DNA of 64,000 nucleotides, from NCBI GenBank assembly GCA_049319825.1, contig JBMORT010000006.1, positions 235,641 to 299,640 on the forward strand, given 5' to 3'. A model generated the notes under the pieces. It was not told the DNA's origin and searched no databases. It saw only the letters and a program-made list of their open reading frames with translations. This document shows, piece by piece, positions 48,784 through 58,232 of this stretch. A program made the position numbers and the translations under genes. Origin of the DNA: Patescibacteria group bacterium (GTDB lineage Bacteria > Patescibacteriota > Patescibacteriia > UBA11705 > DATKZF01). Position 1 is the first letter of the stretch. Every line of letters begins with the position of its first letter.

Positions 48784-50712
48784 ATGATAAAACCAATTGG
48801 CATCGAACCCAAAAAAGCGGCTGAGCCGCGTTCAAAGACAACCGAGCAAGTCGAAGCCGAAAAGACCAAAAAAACCATTGAAGAGCAGCGCGTTTACGCG
48901 CGCGGTGTCGTTTCCATTTTGGATTTGGTGGCGCCGTCGGCGCTGGAGGTTAAACCGGATTATATTCGTCTCGGATCCAGGTTTATTCGAACATTGTTCG
49001 TATTGACGTATCCGCGCTATATCAGTGTCGGCTGGTTCGCGCCGATCATCAATTATAACGCCACGCTGGACATCAGCATGTTTTTTTACCCGCTAAAATC
49101 GGATATCGTGTTAAAACAATTGAGAGATAAGGTGGGCGTGCTGCGCGCGCAGCTGACCGCGGATGCGGAAAAGGGCGCGCCGCGCGACCCGATGAGGGAA
49201 ACCGCACTGCAAGATATTGAACAGCTCAGAGACGATTTGACTCAGGGTATTGAAAAGTTTTTCCAATTTTCACTTTACACCACCTTATACGCAAAAAGCG
49301 TTAAAGAGCTCGATGATCTGACCGAAGACGTTGAAGACCTGTTCGGATCAAAATTGGTTTTCACCAAGCGAGTGCTGTATCAATCCGAGCAAGGGTTCAA
49401 TTCGACAGTGCCGATCGGCAATGATGAATTGATGATTTCCGCCAATCTTAACTCATCGCCGATTGCTTCTTCTTTTCCGTTCGTTTCATCCGAATTGACC
49501 AGCGATCAGGGGGTGCTGTTCGGCATCAATCGACACAATAACAGCTTGATTATTTTCGATCGTTTCACTTTACCGAACGCCAATGCGGTGGTATTCGCCA
49601 CTTCGGGAGCCGGAAAAAGCTATACCATTAAATTAGAGGTGCTGAGGACAATGATGCTCGGCACGGATATAATGATTATCGATCCGGAAAGAGAATACAA
49701 GCATTTAAGCGACGCGGTTGGCGGCAGTTATGTCAATATCTCATTGGCCTCGGAAAGCAAAATCAATCCGTTTGATTTGCCTCGCCCCGTCGGCGAGCAG
49801 ACTTCGTCTGAAGACATTATTCGCAGCGCGGTGATTACCTTAAAAGGCTTGATTCGGCTGATGATTGGCGACCTGAGTTATCAGGAGGATTCCATCATCG
49901 ATCAAGCCTTGCTTCAAACATACGCCAAAAAAGATATTACTCCGGAAACCGATCTGACCAAGCCGGTGGAGCCGCCGCTGATGGGCGATTTGTATGAAGT
50001 GCTCGAAGGCATGGAGGGCGGGCATGATTTGGCGCTCAGACTGAAAAAATTCACTGAAGGCACTTTTTCCGGTTTGTTCAATTCTCCGACAAACGTTGAC
50101 GTAAAAAATCAATTGGTTGTTTTTTCTGTAAGAGATTTGGAAGACGAACTGCGTCCGATGGCCATTTATAACATTGTCAGCCATATCTGGAACACGGTCA
50201 GATCTGAATTGCGGCGGCGCATTTTAATTATCGATGAAGCGTGGTGGCTGATGCAGCGAAAAGATTCGGCTGATTTCATCTACGCTTTGGTTAAGCGCTG
50301 CCGAAAGTATTATTTGGGCGTCACCACCATCACCCAAGATGTCAATGACTTTTTGATTTCCACGCAGGGAAAAGCGATCCTGCAGAATTCAGCCATTCAG
50401 TTTTTGCTGCGACAGTCGCCGGCGGCGATTGATTTGGTTCAGGAAACTTTTCAATTAACCGAGGGTGAAAGATATTTATTGCTCGAAGCCGGGGTCGGTG
50501 AAGGCATATTTTTTGCCGGCGACAGGCACGCGGCCATTAAAGTGGTCGCCTCGGGTATGGAGGATCAGCTGATTACTTCCGATCCGCGGCAGCTCCTCGA
50601 GATCGAGCGCGCCAGAAAAGAAATGGAAGAAGAAATGGCTGCCGGGCGAGACCAGCTTCAAACGCAGCGACAGCTGAGACAACAATCCGGGCCGGGCGAT
50701 AAATCTAAATAA
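48784..50712 (+). CDS. VirB4-like (DUF87/TraC) ATPase
   Basis: ATSGAGKS Walker A, IIDPEREY, INPFD, IIDEAW Walker B, RCRKY, ITQD. Confidence 0.92.
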   Translation: MIKPIGIEPKKAAEPRSKTTEQVEAEKTKKTIEEQRVYARGVVSILDLVAPSALEVKPDYIRLGSRFIRTLFVLTYPRYISVGWFAPIINYNATLDISMFFYPLKSDIVLKQLRDKVGVLRAQLTADAEKGAPRDPMRETALQDIEQLRDDLTQGIEKFFQFSLYTTLYAKSVKELDDLTEDVEDLFGSKLVFTKRVLYQSEQGFNSTVPIGNDELMISANLNSSPIASSFPFVSSELTSDQGVLFGINRHNNSLIIFDRFTLPNANAVVFATSGAGKSYTIKLEVLRTMMLGTDIMIIDPEREYKHLSDAVGGSYVNISLASESKINPFDLPRPVGEQTSSEDIIRSAVITLKGLIRLMIGDLSYQEDSIIDQALLQTYAKKDITPETDLTKPVEPPLMGDLYEVLEGMEGGHDLALRLKKFTEGTFSGLFNSPTNVDVKNQLVVFSVRDLEDELRPMAIYNIVSHIWNTVRSELRRRILIIDEAWWLMQRKDSADFIYALVKRCRKYYLGVTTITQDVNDFLISTQGKAILQNSAIQFLLRQSPAAIDLVQETFQLTEGERYLLLEAGVGEGIFFAGDRHAAIKVVASGMEDQLITSDPRQLLEIERARKEMEEEMAAGRDQLQTQRQLRQQSGPGDKSK

Positions 50713-50727
50713 TAATAAAAATTCAAT

Positions 50728-51321
50728 ATGCTAGACAGACTATCAGTCGGATCGAAAATCATCATATTATCCTTAATCGGCATTATCATCATTGCCGCCA
50801 TTGTTTTGGGTTTTTTGTATTACCGACAGCGCCAACAGCCGACCGGACCGGCGGTGATTGATGAAACGACCTCTCCGCCTCGGCAGACGATTATTCCAAC
50901 AGAACCGTCTAAACCGTCGGTGGTATTGCCCGCCATGACCGATGAAGAAAAAAATTCCGAAGAATTGACCAATTTGGCCAAGATTTTTGCCGAGCGATTC
51001 GGCAGTTTTTCCAATCAGGGCGGATTCGATAATTTGGATATTGTTCAGTCGATGGCGACCGACAGCATGAAATCATGGCTGGTCAGTCAGAAAAAAAGCT
51101 TGGAACAGAAGTATCCGATCAGCGATGCGTATTATGGAGTAACCACTCAATCGCCGATCGCCAAAGTATTGAGTTATGGTGAAAATAACGCTTCTGTGCT
51201 GGTAACCACTCAGCGGCAAGAAAGAAAGAATGGTGATGAAAATAATTATACGCAAGACATAAAAATTGAATTTGTTAAAATAAACGGCAATTGGTTAATC
51301 AATGCAGCATACTGGCAATAA
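50728..51321 (+). CDS. Bitopic membrane protein, VirB8/TcpC-like (NTF2-type) candidate
   Basis: N-terminal TM, Pro/Thr linker, FAERFGSFSNQ, C-terminal K..G.WLI. Confidence 0.65.
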   Translation: MLDRLSVGSKIIILSLIGIIIIAAIVLGFLYYRQRQQPTGPAVIDETTSPPRQTIIPTEPSKPSVVLPAMTDEEKNSEELTNLAKIFAERFGSFSNQGGFDNLDIVQSMATDSMKSWLVSQKKSLEQKYPISDAYYGVTTQSPIAKVLSYGENNASVLVTTQRQERKNGDENNYTQDIKIEFVKINGNWLINAAYWQ

Positions 51322-52024
51322 AAATCTTTTTTTTCGAATACAGAACGCTCTCCTCGATTTATTGTTTCCCAAAAAATGTTTGGGTTGCAAGCAGGAGGGT
51401 TGTTTTTTGTGCGCGGATTGCTTCGCTGGTTTAGAGGTTGGGGTTGAGAAAAAATGCGCTATTTGCGGCCGAGAAATATTAAATTTAAATCAAATTTGTG
51501 AAAATTGCCGGCCAAATTTTTTGTTCGATTCGATCTGGTCGGCCAGTCATTATCAAGGGCTGATAAAAGAACTGATCAGCGCTCTCAAATTTGATTACAT
51601 TGAGGAAATCGCCGAGGGATTGGCTCGACATTTCGTGCGGGCGATTGACAAAGCCGGGTTAGCTGATAAACTGAAGGGACAGATTATAACACCCGTGCCG
51701 CTTCATAAAAAGCGGTATTTGGAAAGGGGATTCAACCAATCAGAATTGATTAGCGCGAAAATAGCGGAATTATTGGGAATGAAATTAGCTCGGGGTGCAT
51801 TATTAAGGATAAAAAACACGCGTCAGCAGTCCAAACTTAACAAATCAGAAAGGATTGAAAACATGCGCGAGGCGTTTAGCGCCACTCTGGCGCCGGCGCC
51901 GGAATTCGTTTTTTTATTCGATGATGTTTTTACCACCGGCCAGACCACGAATGAGGCGGCCAAAGCGCTGAAGATCGCCGGTGTCAAGCAGGTTCATGTT
52001 CTGGCGATAGCTCAGGGGAGATAG
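51302..52024 (+). CDS. comF: ComF family competence protein (zinc ribbon plus PRTase fold)
   Basis: LFPKKC..C, PVPLH..R..ERGFNQ, DDVFTTGQT. Confidence 0.93.
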   Translation: MQHTGNKNLFFRIQNALLDLLFPKKCLGCKQEGCFLCADCFAGLEVGVEKKCAICGREILNLNQICENCRPNFLFDSIWSASHYQGLIKELISALKFDYIEEIAEGLARHFVRAIDKAGLADKLKGQIITPVPLHKKRYLERGFNQSELISAKIAELLGMKLARGALLRIKNTRQQSKLNKSERIENMREAFSATLAPAPEFVFLFDDVFTTGQTTNEAAKALKIAGVKQVHVLAIAQGR

Positions 52025-52145
52025 AGTTACAAATTTACATATTGATTACATATATTACAAATGGTTACAAATACCATAAATAGTTATCTGGCGATCATAT
52101 TGGTAACCCATTTGTAATATTTGTACATATTCGTAATTTGTAACC
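52025..52145. repeat. Periodic imperfect inverted repeat (ttacaaat units) between comF and murG
   Basis: gttacaaat...attacaaatggttac pairs with gtaacccatttgtaat...atttgtaac. Confidence 0.85.
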
Positions 52146-52149
52146 GTAT

Positions 52150-53196
52150 ATGAAAATATTATTTTCCGGCGGCGGGACAATGGGATCGGTGATGCCTCTG
52201 TTGGCGATAAAAGATGCGCTGCAAAATAAAAACGCCGAGTTTTTTTGGATTGGCACGAAAAACGGACCCGAGAGAGAGGTAATCGAAAAGTCGGGGATTC
52301 GATTTTATTCAATTCATTCCGGTAAACTAAGGAGATATTTCAGCTTGGCAACATTGATTGCTCCGGTTTTATTGATTGCCGGCGTCTGCCAAAGTTTGCG
52401 GTTGATATTAAAATTTAAACCGGACATCATTCTGGCCGCCGGTGGTTATGTCGGTGTGCCGGTGGTCTGGGCGGGCTGGATGCTTCGAAAAAAAATAATT
52501 GTGCATCAGCAGGATTTAATTGTCGGTCTGGCCAATAAGCTGATGACCCCTTTGGCCGATAAAATTACTGTCAGTCTGGAAGAGCAAAAAAAATGTTTTC
52601 CGCAAAATAAAGTGGTGGTCACCGGAAATCCGGTGAGAAAAATGATCTTTCAGGGTTCAAAAGATTCCGCGATCAAGCGTTTCGGTTTGTTGGCGGATTT
52701 ACCGACGATATTGGTAATGGGCGGTGGTACCGGCGCCTTGGCGATCAATAAGTTGATCCGACAGCTGCTGCCTGAACTGGTCAGATTCTGTCAAATCATT
52801 CATCTGACCGGCCCGGGCAAGAAATTATATTTCCAGCATCGGCGATATCATTCGTTTGAATTTTTAAATCAGGAACTGGCCGATGCCTTTGCGGCCGCTG
52901 ATTTGGTCATATCCAGAGCGGGATTTTCGGCGCTGACGGAATTAGCGGCGTTGGCCAAGCCGGTAATTTTAATCCCCCTGCCGAATGACGATCAATTAAG
53001 CAATGCTCGATATTTCGAGACGAAAAAAGCGGCGGAGATCTTTGATCAGGAAAAAATGACCGGCGCTGAATTGCTAAAAAAAATTAAAACGCTATTGAGC
53101 GATAGTCAATCGGCTGCCGCCTTGTCGGGCAATATCGGGCAAATAATGAGCCGAAACGCCGGTCGATTATTCGTTGACGTCATCAATAATTTATAA
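52150..53196 (+). CDS. murG: Undecaprenyldiphospho-muramoylpentapeptide beta-N-acetylglucosaminyltransferase
   Basis: SGGGTMG, GKLRRY, GGYV, HQQD..GLAN, TGNPVR, ADLVISRAG, Q..NA. Confidence 0.93.
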   Translation: MKILFSGGGTMGSVMPLLAIKDALQNKNAEFFWIGTKNGPEREVIEKSGIRFYSIHSGKLRRYFSLATLIAPVLLIAGVCQSLRLILKFKPDIILAAGGYVGVPVVWAGWMLRKKIIVHQQDLIVGLANKLMTPLADKITVSLEEQKKCFPQNKVVVTGNPVRKMIFQGSKDSAIKRFGLLADLPTILVMGGGTGALAINKLIRQLLPELVRFCQIIHLTGPGKKLYFQHRRYHSFEFLNQELADAFAAADLVISRAGFSALTELAALAKPVILIPLPNDDQLSNARYFETKKAAEIFDQEKMTGAELLKKIKTLLSDSQSAAALSGNIGQIMSRNAGRLFVDVINNL

Positions 53197-53225
53197 TACA
53201 ATTTACAACGGTTGTTTCGGCGGTT

Positions 53226-53576
53226 ATGCAGGAGGGATCATTGGAAAATAGGCCATTTGAACTAAAATGCCGAGAAGTGATGGCGTTTTTGGAAAGCACG
53301 GGCGCGATTTTTCGTATCAGTGGCGATCTGCTGCCGGCATATCGTCTTGAATTGGTGACGACACAAGGCGGGCGAGTCAATGGTTTCGGGTATTTGAATT
53401 CAGCCAAACAAGCTATCGTTTTTTGGACAAAAATCCCCCAACCGGCAAATCCGAATATTTCGATGCTACGTTATTCGATCATTACCGCCGGCAGTTTTGC
53501 TTGGCAAGACATCGCCGTGACCTCGGACAAGCAATTCATTTTTGAGCGGGCAACCAAATTCTTTCATGAGGCCTAA
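53226..53576 (+). CDS. Hypothetical protein (116 aa)
   Basis: ORF followed by a hairpin and T-run (53577-53600); no motif recognised. Confidence 0.5.
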   Translation: MQEGSLENRPFELKCREVMAFLESTGAIFRISGDLLPAYRLELVTTQGGRVNGFGYLNSAKQAIVFWTKIPQPANPNISMLRYSIITAGSFAWQDIAVTSDKQFIFERATKFFHEA

Positions 53577-53647
53577 GCTCTGATCACATCAGAGTTTTTT
53601 AAATTAAAAAAAACAGGCTAATCCTGATTTTACGATAAATGGTCGGA

Positions 53648-53724
53648 TGGTGGGTCCTCTGGGATTCGAACCCAGGACGCCCAGCTTAAAAGGCTGGCGC
53701 TCTAACCGACTGAGCTAAGGACCC
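53648..53724 (-). tRNA. tRNA-Lys(TTT)
   Basis: GGGTCCT acceptor, CCAGC-CTTTTAA-GCTGG, TTCGAAT, CCA. Confidence 0.95.
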
Positions 53725-53929
53725 TCCGTTTAAAAATCATAAATGCCAAATTACATACTCCACGATAATCAATCCAAATCCCAATTGCCTGATATTCAAT
53801 GAAATTGCAATTTAACAAAACTATGGATATTATACGGCATTTGAATTTAATTGTCAATATTTTTGGTTGACAAAATAGATCGTTGATATTAAAATGATAA
53901 TATTAATATAGCGGTCAAGGAGGGCGGCA

Positions 53930-54145
53930 ATGGCCGATTTTAGTGATCAAATCGATTCATATTATTTTTCAATCGTCGATAAATGGCTGGCCGAGGGGCG
54001 GCGAAAATTCGGCTTTTGCATCATTAGCCCTGTTCAAGCCAATCATATCGTTAATTATTTGATTGAAAAACAATTTGAGGTTCGCAGTTATTTGCAAAGC
54101 CAGGTCACTTTTTTTGAAATCGATGATACGCCCGGCAAAATTTGA
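53930..54145 (+). CDS. Small hypothetical protein (71 aa)
   Basis: AAGGAGG RBS and a TTGACA...TAAAAT promoter upstream. Confidence 0.6.
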   Translation: MADFSDQIDSYYFSIVDKWLAEGRRKFGFCIISPVQANHIVNYLIEKQFEVRSYLQSQVTFFEIDDTPGKI

Positions 54146-54329
54146 TGATTGATTAGAAATTGCTGACACCAAGCGGGCTGCTTAATGGTTCGCCTCAGTC
54201 AATAACCTCATGCTGCTGAAATCAATATTCGGCAGTTTTTTAATTAAATGGAAGAGTGAAAAGTGCAGCGGTTCATAAGTCAGATGAATTTAAGTTTAGT
54301 TTGTGCTAAAATTAAGATATGATAAAAAT

Positions 54330-57005
54330 ATGGCCGGAAAAAAAGCTTGGCACAATTTTAGCGTAGAGCAGGTATTGGGAAAGTTAATGACTTCAGAAAA
54401 TGGTTTGACCGGGCAAGAGGGGGAAAAAAGATTGTTAAAATTCGGTTTGAATAAAATTGAAGAGGAAAAGCCTTTTTCTGCGATCAAGCTGCTGTCTCAT
54501 CAGTTCAAGTCTGTTTTGATATTGATTTTAGTCATTGCGGCCATTATTTCTGCTTTCTTGAACGAATGGCTGGATGTCTCTGTTATCATCGGAGCCGTGA
54601 TGATCAATGTCGCCGTTGGATTCCTTCAGGAATATAAAGCGCAAAGAGCGTTGTCTGAATTAAAAAAAGTATTAAAGCCCCGCGCCATTGTTTTTCGTGG
54701 CGGGAATAAAATTGACATCTCGGCTGAAGAATTGGTGCCCGGAGACATTGTTTATTTGGAAGCGGGTAATCAAGTGCCGGCTGACGTTCGATTATTAGAA
54801 GTCAACCAATTTCAGACTCAGGAGGCCATATTAACGGGAGAATCGGAGGCGGTCATAAAATCCGTTGAACTGATCAAAAAGGAATCGGTAATTACGGCGG
54901 AAAAAAAGAACATGGCGTTTATGGGTACATTGGTCAGCCAAGGAACGGCTTTGGCGGTGGTCGTCGAGACTGGCATGTCCACTGAAATCGGAAAAATCGC
55001 GCGAATGCTGAAGGCCGAAAAAGACGAAAAGACCCCTTTTCAGCTACAGTTACAAAAGTTTGGCCGAAAAATTGGAACGGTTTTAATTTTTCTGGCAGTG
55101 ATGATTTTTGTTTTTGGCATTATCAGCGGCCGCGGCGTTTCGGAAATATTCCAAGTATCGGTTGCCAGCGCCGTTTCCGCCATTCCTGAAGGTTTGCCCG
55201 TGGCGGTAACGGTGATTTTAGCTATCGGTATGCAGCGCATTTTAAAGAAAAAGTCTCTGGTTAGAAAATTAGTGGCGGCGGAAACTCTCGGCTCAACATC
55301 GGTCATTTGCGTGGATAAAACCGGAACCATCACCACCGGCGTGATGAAGCTTGAAAAAATTAGCACTCACGATCGAGACTTGACTTTAAATAAAAAGAGA
55401 TTGATTGAACCGGAGAAATTTTTATTTTTGGCCGGTGCTTTATGCAATAACGCCGCGGTCAGTAATCCGGAGGAAAATAAAGAAAAGTGGAGGATCATCG
55501 GTTCACCCACTGAAAAAGCGATTTTAGAGGGTGCGTTGGCGCAAAATATTGATTTTCTTTCTTGGCAAAAAGAGTACCCGAGAATATCAGAGTTGCCGTT
55601 TGCCGCGAAATACAGAATGATGTTCACCATTCATAAATTCAGTGATGAAAAAAATCGAATATTCTGCAAGGGCGCACCTGAAAACGTGATGGAGCTTTGC
55701 CAATATTATTTAGGGGATAAGCAGGTTTTGATGACCGGAGATATCAGGCGATATTTACAGGAAAAATATTTGGCATACAGCCAAAAAGGATACCGTGTAT
55801 TGGCGGCGGCGTATCAAGATCAGGATAATAAGATAAAGCAGATCATCCGTGATAAAAAATACGTTTTTTTAGGTTTTTACATTATCCGCGACCAGTTGAG
55901 GCCTGGTGTTAAACAAATAGTCAAAGATATTAAACGCGCCGGTATAAAGATGGTGATGATTACCGGTGATCATGAGCTGACTGCCAAGGCCGTGGCTAAA
56001 GAAATAGGATTGAACACCTCCGCTGGCGCAGTCATGAACGGAGAAACGTTAGCCAGGATGAGCGATGAGGCATTGGCTCGAGAGATTGATAAAATCAGTG
56101 TTTTTGCCAGGGTAAGCCCTCGGGATAAATTTAAAATAGTTAATGCTTACCAGCGTATCGGTCAGGTGGTGGCCATGACCGGCGATGGCGTCAATGACGC
56201 GCCCGCGTTAAAAACTGCTGATGTGGGTATCGCTGTGGGCGGAGGATCGGAAATTACCAAGCAAACAGCCGATCTGATTTTACTGGATAATCGTCTCTCG
56301 ACCATTGTGGATGCCATTGGAGAGGGCAGGGTGATATTTCAGAATATAAAAAAAGTGATTGTATATCTGCTCGCCAATTCGTTTTCGGAAATTATATTAA
56401 TTTTCGGCAGCTTGCTTTTGGGGTTGCCTTTACCGCTGACGGCAGCTCAGATTTTGTGGATAAATTTGGTGACCGATAGCCTGCCCGCCGCGTCTTTGAC
56501 CTTGGAAAAAAATGAACCCGGAATAATGAGGGAGTCTCCGATTCCGCGCGGAACGAAAATAATGGACAGGGAAATGTTATCAATAATTTTTATTATCGGA
56601 CTTTTAACCGATATAATCATATTCGGTTTATTCTATTGGCAATACAGCATTCAAACGGTTGAAATTTCTCAACTCAGAACATTTATTTTCGCAACTTTGG
56701 GTTTGGGCACGTTATTTATCATTTTTAGCTGCCGCAGCCTGAAGCTATCAATTTTAAAAATAAAATTTTGGACGAATAAGTGGCTCTTGGGAGCGGTGGC
56801 ATTGGGAGCGCTAACCATTGTTTTGCCTATATATATTCCCGCTTTATCCGGAATTTTTGATTTTGTCCCGCTTGATTTAAACAGCTGGCTGTTATTGCTC
56901 ACGGCTTCGATTATCCGGTTGATCGGCATCGAAATCGTAAAATATATTTTTGTTAAAAAAAACGGGAGATTTTTCAATCGTTTCGACGCTCGAAAAATTG
57001 CATAA
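54330..57005 (+). CDS. Cation-transporting P-type ATPase (type IIA, Ca2+-like)
   Basis: TGES, IPEGLP, DKTGT, KGAPE, TGD, GDGVNDAPALK, WINLVTD. Confidence 0.95.
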   Translation: MAGKKAWHNFSVEQVLGKLMTSENGLTGQEGEKRLLKFGLNKIEEEKPFSAIKLLSHQFKSVLILILVIAAIISAFLNEWLDVSVIIGAVMINVAVGFLQEYKAQRALSELKKVLKPRAIVFRGGNKIDISAEELVPGDIVYLEAGNQVPADVRLLEVNQFQTQEAILTGESEAVIKSVELIKKESVITAEKKNMAFMGTLVSQGTALAVVVETGMSTEIGKIARMLKAEKDEKTPFQLQLQKFGRKIGTVLIFLAVMIFVFGIISGRGVSEIFQVSVASAVSAIPEGLPVAVTVILAIGMQRILKKKSLVRKLVAAETLGSTSVICVDKTGTITTGVMKLEKISTHDRDLTLNKKRLIEPEKFLFLAGALCNNAAVSNPEENKEKWRIIGSPTEKAILEGALAQNIDFLSWQKEYPRISELPFAAKYRMMFTIHKFSDEKNRIFCKGAPENVMELCQYYLGDKQVLMTGDIRRYLQEKYLAYSQKGYRVLAAAYQDQDNKIKQIIRDKKYVFLGFYIIRDQLRPGVKQIVKDIKRAGIKMVMITGDHELTAKAVAKEIGLNTSAGAVMNGETLARMSDEALAREIDKISVFARVSPRDKFKIVNAYQRIGQVVAMTGDGVNDAPALKTADVGIAVGGGSEITKQTADLILLDNRLSTIVDAIGEGRVIFQNIKKVIVYLLANSFSEIILIFGSLLLGLPLPLTAAQILWINLVTDSLPAASLTLEKNEPGIMRESPIPRGTKIMDREMLSIIFIIGLLTDIIIFGLFYWQYSIQTVEISQLRTFIFATLGLGTLFIIFSCRSLKLSILKIKFWTNKWLLGAVALGALTIVLPIYIPALSGIFDFVPLDLNSWLLLLTASIIRLIGIEIVKYIFVKKNGRFFNRFDARKIA

Positions 57006-57048
57006 AAATTTTAGTATATTTGGCGAATTGGTCTAAACAATTAACTTT

Positions 57049-57774
57049 ATGTTCGAATTTAAAACACCAATCAAATTGGAAAGAGATGAAGAATTTATCC
57101 TGAAGGTGCATCATTATTTTTTCGTGTTTGCGCCGCATTTGGCGTTTACATTTTTAATCATCGTGCTTGATTTCTTTTTACTGTTTCTGTTGTTTAGACA
57201 AGGCAACTGGGGAGTCTGGATTTTTTTGGCGGTATTGGCGTTTAGTGTTTTTTACGGATTGCGAGTGATATTTTTCTGGTATAAAAATTATTTCGTCATT
57301 ACCGACAAACGTTTGATTGATTTCGATCAAAGCGGACTTTTTTCTAAAAAAGTTTCGGATTTGCCGTTTGAAAACATAAAAGAAGTATCATTTCGCCAGC
57401 AGGGATTTTGGCAAACGGCGTTAAAGTTCGGCAACATACATTTGAGCCCGATCAATACCGATAAGTCATTTGTTTTATTTAATATCAAGGATCCGGGAGA
57501 CGTGCAAAGCTTATTGTCAAAGTTTGTGAAAAAATCCAGGCTGGCGCCAGCCCCAGAAAATTCATCGGCAACAGACGACGCCGAGGATTTATCTCCTATT
57601 TTGGCGCAGATAGGGAATTTAAGCGATGCGGGGCAGATGAAACTAATGGATATTTTAAAAAATAAATTAATGGCAGATGAGGATAAAATCGCAATAAAAC
57701 ATGGCAAATCAACGGAAAAAGAAGAAGCTGACGAAGACTTTCTAAAACAATATTGGAAGGAAGAAAATATTTGA
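57049..57774 (+). CDS. Membrane protein with a bacterial PH domain
   Basis: Two TM segments, then ITDKRLID..Q.GLF and FGNI. Confidence 0.75.
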   Translation: MFEFKTPIKLERDEEFILKVHHYFFVFAPHLAFTFLIIVLDFFLLFLLFRQGNWGVWIFLAVLAFSVFYGLRVIFFWYKNYFVITDKRLIDFDQSGLFSKKVSDLPFENIKEVSFRQQGFWQTALKFGNIHLSPINTDKSFVLFNIKDPGDVQSLLSKFVKKSRLAPAPENSSATDDAEDLSPILAQIGNLSDAGQMKLMDILKNKLMADEDKIAIKHGKSTEKEEADEDFLKQYWKEENI

Positions 57775-57805
57775 ACAGCCCATTACTTTTTGCTATAATT
57801 TAAAT

Positions 57806-58228
57806 ATGAAAAAGAATTTCAGATCTTTATGGAGCAGCTCGAGGCTAATTTACGCTTTGGGGATAATTTTAATAATCGCTTTTTCTGTCGCGGGCAGCAA
57901 GGAATATATTAAAAAGCACCAGCTGGATAAGGAAATCGCCGAATTGGAAAGTGAGGTCGCCAGTCTTCAAGTTGAACAAGAGGAATTTCTGCAGCTTTTG
58001 GAAAATTATAATTCTGAAAATTTTATCGAACAGGAAGCCCGCGTTAATTTTAATTATAAAAGGAAGGGCGAGCAGGTGGTCATCATTCGTAGCGATGAAA
58101 ATAAAGTGTATTTAAATTCAAATAATGTTTCCGGCCAAGAAAACACATCGGCTTTAGCTGACGATGTCGAAAAAAGTTCCAACCCCAAATTGTGGTGGGA
58201 TTATTTCTTTGGCGAGAAAATAATGTAA
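57806..58228 (+). CDS. Septum formation initiator family protein (FtsB/DivIC-like)
   Basis: TM segment, coiled coil, EQEAR..NY.RKGE. Confidence 0.8.
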   Translation: MKKNFRSLWSSSRLIYALGIILIIAFSVAGSKEYIKKHQLDKEIAELESEVASLQVEQEEFLQLLENYNSENFIEQEARVNFNYKRKGEQVVIIRSDENKVYLNSNNVSGQENTSALADDVEKSSNPKLWWDYFFGEKIM

Positions 58229-58232
58229 ATTT

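Noticed and set aside
54158-54225. Riboswitch (fluoride or yybP-ykoY) upstream of the P-type ATPase
   Set aside because: A hairpin and partial words (ATGG-TTCGCC, GCTG.TGA) are present, but the consensus cores and pseudoknot cannot be built.
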